In this document: positions 40,562-50,649 of the stretch, piece after piece
How positions within the stretch are numbered: the stretch's first letter is position 1
Layout: each line of letters starts with the position of its first letter
NCBI GenBank assembly: GCA_973895155.1
Contig: OZ316892.1
Location: forward strand, 18,466,357 to 18,530,356
Direction of reading: 5' to 3'
Length of the DNA stretch: 64,000 bases
Source: Marsupella aquatica
Taxonomy: Eukaryota > Plantae > Marchantiophyta
Position numbers and translations under genes: made by a program
The notes under the pieces: model-generated
The model's input: the letters and a program-made list of their open reading frames with translations, nothing else
Told to the model about the DNA's origin: nothing
The model's database searches: none

Positions 40562-40715
40562 TCAGGTAACACGTGGAGCACAGAAAGGGCAAAACCATAA
40601 CCCTTCTGGCACCTAGGTAAGTTCAGGCCGAAGGCAAAAAAGATGGTACCCTCCATTGCAATTGTCACACAGCAGCATCTGGTCAGCATCATCAATTCGC
40701 AAACACACTTTGCAA
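40562..40715 (-). pseudogene. PHD finger (C4HC3) at the integrase C-terminus, interrupted by a TAG
   Basis: CKVC-LRIDDADQMLL-CDNC-NGGYHLFC-LRPELT*VPEGLWF-CPFC-APRVT*. In-frame TAG at 40613-40615; natural TGA at 40562-40564. Confidence 0.9.
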
Positions 40716-42812
40716 GGGTAGTCCACAGGTGGAATCCAAGTAGAAGTCACAATGGTGGGATCCAGGTTAGGCAGATGACAAGGGGCACAATTCTTGGCAT
40801 TGTCAGCAATTGTGCGCCCATCTGCCCCTTGTAACTCTAGCACTCCAGACGGTCGAATAGCTTTAACCCTGAGAATAGTACGACTGGTAGAGGTGTCCAG
40901 GGTGTCGTTAGCTTGCCGCTGCAAGTACACGAAATCTCCCACATCAAACTTCCTGACCTTGGGCTGAAAAGTGCCCCCTCGTGTGTGTGCATAACGCAGT
41001 GTGTCCCTGTGCTGTGCAATGGCCAAATTCTCCATGGCCATGGGCATAACCCTCCTGAATAGGGCAGCCCTCTCAGAGATCACATCAGACCAAGTCACAG
41101 CTGAATCCAAGTCCACCACCTGAAGCATGTGAGCAGCAATAGCAGAAGGTGGAACTGGGTGACGACCAAACAACAAGAAGTAGGGAGAAAAGTTAGACAA
41201 TGACGCATGTCTGGACATCCTATATCCCATGGCAATGTAGGGTAAGGCCAGGTCCCAATCCTCCTTGTTTTTGGTTAGGCAGATCTTCCGGAGGCCCTTC
41301 TTGCATGTCTGAACCATGCGCTCTGCCAAGCCATCTGCCTGTGGGTGATCTCGTGATGTCCGGCGATGATCAATGAGGGCCTGATCAAGCAGCTCCTGGA
41401 ACTCTCCTCTAAACTCTGAGCCCTGGTCAGTGAGACATTCTGCACAAGCTCCAAAGCGGCTGAGAACTTGTTGTAGGAATGCCTGGCTGGTGCTACGGGA
41501 GGTCTTATCCGGCAATGCCACAAGTTCTATCCACTTGGAGAAATGCTCTATCATGATCATGATGTAGAGATTACCCCGAGACGTGAGGGGTAATTCTCCA
41601 GCCAAATCACATGACCAGCGATAAAACATGCCCTGAATAGGGAGTGGATGAAGTGTGGGTTGTCGAGATGTGAAGGAAGTCCTCACCCTATCACACTGTT
41701 CACACCGGGCAATAACATCTCGAACCTGGCCATGCATGCCTCTCCAATGATAATGAGGGACCAAGAGGCTGTAAGTCCTCTTAACACCAAAATGACCAAG
41801 CTCAGAATGTACCTTACGGATAAGGCCAACCCTCTCATGAATAGGTGGAACCACCACTTCCCTGTCTGGCAAGCAACGCACGAGATGATCTCCCTTCCAC
41901 AAGTAGCGCTTGGACCTTTGCTGAATTCGGTCTCTCTGGGCAGCAGTAACATGTGTGGGGTACTCCCCATGCTGTAGAAATCTCAGAGTGTCGCTGTCCT
42001 CCCATATGTCCACCACAGGTTGGTCAACAACATAGCATGGCAGCAAAGCAAGATAGGTCGATGCATGAAATGTAGGCAGGATGGAAGCCTGGTCAAAATC
42101 TTGCCGTGCATCTGAGGAATCATCAGAGGTAATCAAAGGGCTGCGGGACATAGTGTCAGCATTCTGATGTGTCACACCAGGCCTATGAATTACCTCAAAA
42201 TCATACTCCTGGAGTATGAGCGCCCAACGAGCAAGCTTGCCAGTAAGCTTATCGTTGGTCATCAACCACTTCAAGGGCTGGTGGTCGGTGTAGAGAACAA
42301 ACCTGGTCCCATAGAGGTAGGGCCTATAATGTATGACAGCCCACACAACAGCAAGGCATTCACCTTCATAAGAAGAATAATGACTCTCTGCCTGATTGTT
42401 GCTCCTGGATGCATAGGCAATGACGTACTCTTTACCTTCCTCATCATGCTGGCCCAGAATGGCACCAATCCCAAGGGCACTCCAATCTGTGTGTAGCACA
42501 AAGACCTTGCTGAAATCAGGTCTTCTCAGCACCGGGTATTCTGAGAGCTTCTCCTTCAAAGTGGCAAATGCTGCCTCAGCATCTGTACTCCATGTCCAAG
42601 TCACATTCTTTTTCAACAAAGCATACAATGGGTGTGCAATGGTACTGAAATCTTTGATGTAGATCCGATAGTAATTGCACAACCCAATAAAACTCCTCAA
42701 AGTGTGAACATCGGTAGGAGTGGGCATTTCCAAGATGGATACCACCTTGGCCCAGTGAGCCATGGTTCCATTTGGAAGAATGCGGTGCCCAAGGTATACT
42801 ACTGATCTGACA
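40716..42812 (-). pseudogene. RT connection, RNase H and DDE integrase of the Gypsy element
   Basis: LRSFIGLCNYYR, FVLHTDWSALGIGAIL, YSSYEGECLAVVWAV, LYTDHQPL (RNase H). HSELGH...CEQC zinc finger. WSCDLAG, LTDQGSEF, HPQADGLAERMVQT (integrase core). Confidence 0.95.
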
Positions 42813-43430
42813 AAATTCACACTTCTTGGGGTGTATCTTTAGGTTCACCTTCTTAAGCCTCAAGAATAGCTCCTCAAGGTCAAGTAGATGCTGGTCAAAT
42901 CCTTTGTTGTGGACCAACACATCATCAATGTAGCATTTCAGAAACCCAGCACCTTGAAGAACCTGGTCCATGACTCTTTGAAAGAATATGGGCGCATTCT
43001 TCAAGCCAAATGGCATCACCAACCACTCCCATAGTTGGTTACTGCCATGGAAAGCTGTTTTCTTGCGGTCCTTTGCAAGCAGCAAAATCTGGTTAAAGCC
43101 TTGCCTTAGATCCACAAGAGTGAAGATGTCTGAGTCTCCAATGCTGTCAAATATCTCCTCTGGCCGTGGCATGGGGTACCTGTCCTGGGGTGTGACCAGG
43201 TTCAGTGGCCTGTAGTCCCCACACATGCGCTTCTCTGTCCACAATCCACTGGAATCCTTCTTTGCTGGCATCACTGTAGCTGCTGCAAAATCTGATGTAG
43301 ATGGCTGAATAAGACCAGCTTCATATAACTCTTGGCACCTCTCATCCACCAACTGCCACTCATGTTTACTCAAATGGTGTCTCCGCCTGAAGATAGGTGT
43401 TTCATCAGCCAACTCAATGGAGAACTGCAT
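42785..43430 (-). pseudogene. Reverse transcriptase domain (Ty3/Gypsy)
   Basis: KRMCGDYRPLN, DLRQGFNQI, KTAF, MPFGLKNAP, CYIDDVLV, KKCEF/xVRSVVYLGH with a frameshift near 42812. Confidence 0.97.
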
Positions 43431-43889
43431 AGTCTTGCACTTACCCAAATCCTTCATAGAGAAAGCAAACACATTCTCATGCTTGAGGAGCAAATTCAGC
43501 AGTTGGTCCTTCTGTCTTTTACTCAGGTGGTTGCCCATGATGAATGTGTAGTTGGCAACACTAGGAATAGGACCTGATGTACTCGTACTTGAAGAGCCAG
43601 AAGTGCTAGCCTCTCCACTGTCCAAGCTACTAGCATGCTGCTGATAAGGTGACGAGGCCTCTCCAAGGCTTGTTGTACTTGCTGATCTGGGTTGGTCCAC
43701 ACCATGAAACTCAGAAATAATATCAGCCACATTACAAGGGACCTCCTCCCCCCCAACACTTGGACTGAAGCGGTGAGTGTTGAATAGAGGTAAGTGCACC
43801 TGGTCGGGATGCCATGTAGCAGCACCATGGAGTGGTAGAGCTGGAACTCCAGATGTTGGATGAATGTACATCTGAAAAAGGATGCAAGT

Positions 43890-44835
43890 GACCAGAAGCC
43901 AAGTGAGAGCATTAAGATCCATTACCCTGCCAAGTAAAGCATTCCTGGCCAGCCTGGTGATCTGGGTGTGACCTGTAGTACTGGATTGGAAGCCCATAGC
44001 CTGTTCTCTCTCCTCAGGACTAGGTTCATCCCATGTACCGGTAGAATGTCGGTAAACCAGGCCAGGACCATCACCCTGAAAAGCATGTGCACCTGGAAAG
44101 GACACAAATGTAGGCCAAGCAGCACGGGGCTGTCCAATGGTATTGGCTGGATACCAAGGTGCTGGCTCTTGCCGTGTAACTGGTTGGCAAGAACTGTCAG
44201 GATCCAAAATCTGGTCCACTGTGAGGTTAGTGTCCCTGGATGTGTGGTGAAGAGCTAACTCCAACAAGGAAGGTGGTGCAAGGTTAGTCCAAAAGTTACA
44301 AAGACGATGTGCATAAGAACCACAGTGCACTGCATCAATGAGAAGGGGTGGTCCCAAGTAGTGCTGGACCACACTGAAATCCTCTTTGACTTGTGGTCGC
44401 TGGTCAAACTGAGATGGAGTATTCTCAATGATATAACCAACAGCAGGATAAAGGGATTGAGCCCAGGTGAGAATCTGAACCAATGCTGTGAAAAGGCCAG
44501 AACGAGAATCATGCAGTCCAGCACCGTGACCAGCAGCTGAAAACCCTTGGCATTCCCAACCAGCTATGATCAAATCAAGGGAGCCAAGAAGGGTTAAGTG
44601 CCGGTGCTGGACAAGCTGGATATCTGAAGGAAAGAAAGAAAATGCAGACTTCCATGCACTGTGTGGAAACTGCTGAGGAAATCGCTCTGAAAATTCCAGC
44701 AGACGGGATTCAGCCACTTGCCTTGCACCTGGATCAATATCCACATAGATGTACTGCTTCACCACCATGCCAGACTGTAGGAGAGCTTCCAGGCCTGTAG
44801 AAATGCCACCAAAAAGCTCAAGCAATGTAAGGCCA
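43890..44835 (-). CDS. C5 cytosine DNA methyltransferase domain (DNMT3-like), in frame within pol
   Basis: Motif I LLELFGGISTG, II YVDID, III DIQLV, IV LDLIIAGWECQGFS (Cys codon at 44550-44552), V DSRSGLF, VI YIIENT, VIII IDAVHCGSYAHRLCNFWTNL, IX EEREQAMGF, X TRLARNALLGRVM. All are in canonical order within ORF 42576-46067. Confidence 0.92.
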
Positions 44836-45239
44836 TCCAGAGCAGGAGTCCATGTAACTGGTGCGCTCAAGATTGGGGCTATTGGCTGTCCATTGTGCTG
44901 CCCAAGGTCTTCAAACTTGCACAATGCAGCCACCAAAGGTCCATGGGCTGCTTGGAGCCGTTGTACCACCTCTGGTTGATGATCCACATTGCTGGAAAGT
45001 GTTGCTATACGTGCAGCAGCATGTGCAACAGCCACCTCATCGTCATCCTCCTCAATCCAATCTTGCAATGGGTGATTGACATAGGTAGCTGTGTGCACTG
45101 CTTTCAACACACAGTGGTGAGCCATAGGTGTATGGGCACCATGCAAATCAAGTGGAATGTAGCCCAAGTGTGAGCCATCAGTATGCCAATCAACTCTGTA
45201 GTATGCATGCTCATGCCAGTTGTCAATGGTAAAACCTGG

Positions 45240-45560
45240 TGGGAACAAAGCCTCCTGGCCAATGAGCACATCATACGTAGTGGCATTGGTAACCAGACAT
45301 CTGACTGGGAAATGCAGTTCCTGATTTGTACCTCCATTAAAAGTGAGAGTGAGTAAAGTAGAACTCTCACCCAACACATCCTCCACAGTGCCACTAGCAG
45401 TCCGAATGTGCCACTTGGATTGCTGTAAATGATCAGTCAACAGTCCCATCTTCTTGGCAAACTGAATGCCCAATATCACTGGTTGAGCACCTGTGTCTAG
45501 CATGACCACCTGAGGAGTGTGACCCTCCAACTTGACCACTGAATTCCTGTTGTCAACAAT
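45240..45560 (-). CDS. Retropepsin-like aspartic protease domain of pol
   Basis: VVMLDTGAQPVILG active-site motif, IRTASG flap region, YDVLIGQEAL. Confidence 0.88.
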
Positions 45561-46149
45561 GGCAATGGTGGTGGAAACTGAAGTCCTGTCACTAGGCACC
45601 ACTCTCGGCAAATGATGAGATACCTTGTGAAGGGAGTTAGTGTCCACGGTCTTTCCACTCAACAACATAGCCAGGAAAGATGGAGCAGCATGACCAGAAT
45701 CAAGTGTAGCTCTGGTCACACAATCAGCAGCAATCGATACTGGGGCAGCCAAACCAGTGGAAACATGTAAAGGAGAAGAAGAAGGTCCAGTATGTACATG
45801 AGATTGGACCTCCAAAACCGGTGTCACAGGGGCTGATGAAGAATGTAGTGAACCCTCTAGCGCCCTGAGGACAGCTCTAGCATCCAATTGTAAATCATGG
45901 CAACTGAAAAGTGGAGTTGTAAGAATCCTTTGTGCCATACCGGAGGTGAAATGCTCAAGCAGCTCAGGAGAAACAACTCCCTGTGAAATGACAGCAGCAC
46001 CTGGTGGTGGAATGGATGTAGCTGCAGCTCCCTCCCCCCCTCGCCAACAAGGTGTGCTCTTCAGCAAGTGTGAGTGGCTGAAAAGATTGGGGCATGATAG
46101 CCCGAGCTCCCCTGGCTCTAGTCATAGGACCGGCAGCAAGACCATCAGC

Positions 46150-47922
46150 CTATACAATGCGGCGTGTGGGAGCAATACGGGAGGTAGCACTGGCCTGCTG
46201 GTAAGCAAAATAGGAAGGGCAGAATGAATCTGAAAATTCTGCTGTAATAGGCTGTGGAGCAGAGGACAACACACACTCACCCATATGAGCATCAAATGGC
46301 AAGCCATAGAAAGAGCGGGGTAGAGGTGCTAAACTGTCAGTGGTGCCTGGGCTAGGGATGGGTTGCACGTGACTAGCCGGTTGAGAAGGACCAGCAGAGG
46401 CAGTTGACTTGCCTTTGATGTTGGCAAGTTGGGCACGTAGGGACTCAACCTCATGAGTCAGAGACTGGAGTTGAGTTGCCTGTGCGTTGTGAGCCTCCTT
46501 CTGAGCTGGTTGCTTCTGTTGCTGCTTGGGCGGTTTGTTGACACTGGATGCTTTGCCACTGGAAGGAGGAGCAGTTGATGCAGTAGGAGCCCTCCTAGCT
46601 GGTGGGGGAGTGGAAGCAGGAGCAGGAGGAGGGGCCTGCTGTCGTAGCTGCTTCCTCTCTGGGAATTTGGCAAAACAAACTGCCTCCAAGTGACCCACTT
46701 TTCCGCAAAAATCACAAGACAGGTCCTCAGCAACAATATCACAGTCATTAGCCTTGTGATTGGGGTTACCACAGTAGTTGCAAGATGGCAGCATGAAAGC
46801 AGCATGGGCTGGCTTGGTCTTGGAACCATACTGTGGCACACGGGAAGGAGTGGCCAGTGTAGGGGCAGCAGCCTGGTACCTGGATCGCGGTGGACGTGCA
46901 ATACTGGCCTCATAATGTGCATGGGCCAACTCAAGTTTCTCAGCAGTGTCATAGACATTGAGCAGGGTGTAGCTATCTCCAAACTCTGAGAATACTTGCT
47001 GCAATACTTGCGAATGGAGAGCTGGTGTGCCCTCCAATGCGCGAAGATAGCGATGAGCAGCTTCCAGGTCAGTGATGCTCTGGGTGTCCTCTTTTAGCTT
47101 GAGAAGCCGACGATACATCATCTTCAAGGTTTCATCGCGCTGCCTCACAAAGGTGGCCAACTGCATGATTTTGTCAGCACTCTTGATTGGGAATTCCAAT
47201 TCAAGAACCTGGAAAAACTCAGCCACTGGATCAACAAAGGCAGGGGAATCAATGGTGGGAGAAATGCCTGATGTAGCCTGTGCCAAGACAGTGGGAGTAA
47301 CTGGTGCAGTGGTAGGAACTGGAGTAGGAGGGGAAGTGGCAGGAGCAGCAGCATGGGCTGCAATGGCATTCTGTAATGCCAGCTGTGAGGCAGCCGCAAT
47401 TGCAGTGGCATAGGCAGGGTTAGGCAATTGTGTGACAGCAAGCAGCCGGTGAGAGTGCTGCTCATACACATCCAAAGCCTCATGGTGCACATACCTGGCT
47501 AGCTGCTTAAATGCAAAAGCATTTGTGAAATTGCTGCCATACTTCAACTCCAATTCGTAAACGACAGTGTAGAAAGTGGATTTGAACTCACGCAAAGAAA
47601 CAGTGCCTGGCCGCCCATTGAAGCGCTCAATGCGGCCAGATGAGTGACTGGCATCCATGCTGTATGTCGGTGAAGCTGGAACAATCACTGATGCAGAAGG
47701 AGTAAAGGGCAAAGAAGCAATAGTAGGCTTCGGGGTAGTGGTGAAGCGACCGCCAAATGTAGCAGAAGGGTTGCGTGGTGTGGGTGCTGCTGATGTCTGC
47801 TGACGTCGTCAAAATTGCCGAGACTCCAATGAAATGGGCACCAACGGTCGTGGATCACTCTGTAAGTGGTACCTGGGCGTTGGTGGCGATGAGCTGCTAC
47901 CTCCCGGCTCGTCTGCTGACAT
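46150..47922 (-). pseudogene. Gag with two CCHC zinc knuckles
   Basis: CNYCGNPNHKANDC and CDFCGKVGHLEAVC, plus FVRQRDETLKMMYRRL (retrotransposon gag-like). The frame extends to an ATG at 47922 across a single TGA at 47809-47811. Confidence 0.85.
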
Positions 47923-47931
47923 GCTGCATGC

Positions 47932-47946
47932 TAACCCGGGGTGCCA
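47932..47946 (-). other. Putative primer-binding site
   Basis: The minus strand reads TGTACA-TT-TGGCACCCCGGGTTAG: an LTR-like ...ACA end, a 2-nt spacer, then TGG (complement of tRNA CCA), about 20 nt before the gag ATG. Cognate tRNA not identified. Confidence 0.5.
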
Positions 47947-47948
47947 AA

Positions 47949-50649
47949 TGTACAAAATGTGTGAACACACATAAAAACCGTTACAAAGAAAAACCGTTGG
48001 AGAAAATGACCCTTAAAAGCGCAAATTCAGTCCCCTTCGCATTTGCCTATTATATACCAAATTGACCGTCTGATGTGTAGACACAGGACCCGCAGGGGTA
48101 TGCAAATGATCTGACGTCGGCGGAAAGGAGGGCCCCTAAAATCTATACACATCGGGCCCCATTGTGGACCCGGAAAGTGCAGCCATTCGGAATGGAAAGC
48201 AAGGGAGGAGAAAGGAAAAGAAATACGAGAAAAACGGGCCTGCCCCTAAGTGTACACACATCGGGTTTAAGGTGGACCGGCCGAATGTGTATAGGCAAGC
48301 GACCTATACACAACAATAAAACTGGCGCGCGGCTCTATGCTGTCGAGCAAGGCGAGGCGCAGCAAGGCGAAAGGAAAGAATCCAGCCCGAAAGACAAAGA
48401 AAGGGCGAGGCGAGGCAGGGTAAGTGCCAAAGAAAAACTGATGCAAAATTAAGGCAAGGGGGAACAGAAAGAAATGAGCCCCTCTTAATGGTTCCCCAAC
48501 CCTCCATAGGGCTTCGTGCCCCCCTTTATGAACTCCCAAAGAGAAGCTACGAGCTCCCTCTCCCCTCCTTAATGATTCCTGTTGGGCCTTGTGCCCTTTC
48601 CCTCGCTTTGCTTCTGGCAGTGCTCCTCCTCCCCACTTAATGCTCCCTAGGGCTTGGTGCCCTCCTTTCGCTTCCCCCTCCTTCCTTAATGCTTGTGCCC
48701 TGCAGGGGGGGACTCCCAAGAGAGAGAGTCAAATGATTACTCCCCCTCCCCCTCTTTATTCTCCATAGGGCCTCGTGCCCTCTCCATGCGCTCGCTTCCC
48801 CCAGCTGCTTTGATTGCTGATAACGCCCGGTTTGATGTGACGGGCAACTTGCCGAGTTGCCGGGCACGTAAACTCGGCATTTGCCGGCCTGAAATGCTCT
48901 CATTTGACGCATATTCGTCATTATTCCCCGGCCCGGCCCGAACTTCTCCCGGCCCGGCCCGAACTCCTCCCGGCCTCTTCCCGGACCCGGCCCGGGCCCC
49001 CCTACCTCTCGTCACCCGGCCCCGGCCCCGGATTTACGCCCCGGCTTTACATCCCGGCCCGGCCCGGGTGGAGGAAGGCCCGGGTGGGGGGAGGGAGGAG
49101 GCCCGGCCCGGGTGGAGGGGGGCCCGGGTGGGGGGAGGGAGGAGGCCCGGCCCGGGTGGAGGGGGGCCCGGGTGTGGGGGGGGGGGCGAGGAGACCGGGT
49201 GGGGAGGAGGACGAGGCCCGGGTGGGGGGAGGGAGGAGGGCCGGCCCGGGTGGAGGGAGGCCCGGGGGGGAGGAGGCCCGGGTGGGGGGAGGCCCGGCCT
49301 GGGTGGAGGGAGGCCCGGGTGGGGGGGAGGAGGGAGGGGGGGGGGCTTTAGGGTCCGGGCCGGGGGGGGCGTTAGGGTCCGGGCCGGGAGGGTGAAGGGT
49401 CCGGGCTGGGGGGGGCGTTAGGGTCCGGGCCGGGAGGGTGAAGGGTCCAGGGCCGGGGGGGGGCGTTAGGGTCCGGGCCGGGGGAAGTTTAGGGTCCGGG
49501 GCCGGGAGGGAAGAGGACCGGGAGTACTCAGGCCGGGACCGGATTTACTCGGGCCGGGACCGGATGAGGACGACCGGGAGAGACCGGGTGTCGGCTTGCC
49601 GGTTGACGGCCTTAAAATGGCCTATTTGCCGGGCAAGTCCAAACCGGGTGATAACGGTAGGGAAAAAGAAGGAAGGAAATGTGCGAGGCAAGGGGCACGA
49701 TGCCCTATGCACAGTCTGCACACCAAAGCGAAAGGAGTGGCGAGGCGACGAAGGCGAAAAATGGCAACAAAAAATAAGGGCGAAAAGAAAACGGGCGCGC
49801 GGCCCTATGTGTCGAGAAGCAGTTGCGCGGTGGCCGAGGCAGTCCGGAGGTTGTCGCACAGCAGCCGATGCAGGATGGCAGCCGCGGCCGGGAAATGGCC
49901 ATAAAACCAACGAAAAAAGGGGCTTCAAAGGGTCGTTAAAAACTCCAGCAAGAGCACAGCGCCTTGTGCAGTCGGCAGCAAGTCGCCGACGAAGGTCACG
50001 GCAGTAGGTCGTGACGCAGGTTGCGGCCGGAAAAGAAAAACCTGGGCAAAACGCAAAACCTCCCGGAAGCGCTCCCCTTGTCTCCTCCTGGGTGTACTCC
50101 GCCAGTCCGAGAGTTTAAGTGTATACACATAAGTGATGTGTATACAAGGAAAAATCTAACTCTAACCCCATCGCTTGATTTTTCTGCAAAGAAATTGTAC
50201 CGGCTTCGACGGAAATTGTCTAGACCGGCATGAGCAGCTGAGAAGCACAATGTTTCTGATCTTCTTCCCTTCACTCGGCAGTTCTTCTCGAATAAAAGGC
50301 GTAAGAGAAACAATTGTACTGAAATCGAATCGAAAACCGGCAGGATGCCAAGATCGGCCGGGAGCATCTAACGAATCACTGTGTGAATCCCGTGTACGGA
50401 ACCGACGAGCACTGTCTGAGCTTTGTCAACAGCGATTCGAGAAGAACTGAAAACCCACAAAGAAAGACATGCCCTAAGCAAGCAAAGTCCTGGCGTCACA
50501 CTAACAAGCACATTTGCTTCAAGAACGGCCCAGACTTGCTACAAGAACATGTCGCTAACTCAAGTAGTACACTAGCCCTAACTACATACCTAGCGGGCAG
50601 GCGAGGGACATGCCGATGTGCATAAGAGGCACTGTCCCTCGGCATGACA
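47949..50649 (-). mobile_element. Possible 5' LTR / regulatory region of the Gypsy element (outer boundary uncertain)
   Basis: On the minus strand it starts TGTCA (50649) and ends TACA (47949). TATA-like GGTATATAATAGG at ~48046-48058. CpG-rich with repeated modules. No second copy found in the window. Confidence 0.35.
48826..49648. mobile_element. Non-autonomous GC-rich TIR (foldback-like) DNA element, 823 bp, 8-bp TSD
   Basis: Perfect terminal CCCGGTTTG...CAAACCGGG, flanked directly by TGATAACG on both sides (48818-48825 and 49649-49656). Subterminal arms ~48927-48990 and ~49500-49565 are imperfect inverted repeats. Confidence 0.75.

Larger units (their letters stand above)
40562..47946 (-). 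mobile_element. Ty3/Gypsy-type retrotransposon, internal region encoding Gag-PR-DNMT-RT-RH-IN-PHD
   Basis: The PR-RT-RH-IN domain order is diagnostic for Ty3/Gypsy. Three long ORFs (46150-47712, 42576-46067, 40613-42820) join into one after fixing 3 stops and 2 frameshifts. A putative PBS starts at 47946. Confidence 0.95.

Noticed and set aside
43890-44835. Bacterial restriction-modification methylase or contamination
   Set aside because: The domain is in frame with retroelement PR and RT, has the same composition, has no partner nuclease and is flanked by spliced plant genes.
46118-46124. TGA-CTAG readthrough-like context in the pol frame just upstream of the pol ORF
   Set aside because: The gag frame runs across it with a typical GPMTRAR linker, and the switch to the pol frame is better explained at the G7 run (46034-46040).
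49347-49500. Interstitial telomere
   Set aside because: TTAGGG words are isolated within longer GC-rich units, not a tandem TTTAGGG array.
48693-50007. Gly/Pro/Arg-rich ORFs of 160-240 aa
   Set aside because: Artefacts of very GC-rich, low-complexity DNA that lacks stop codons.
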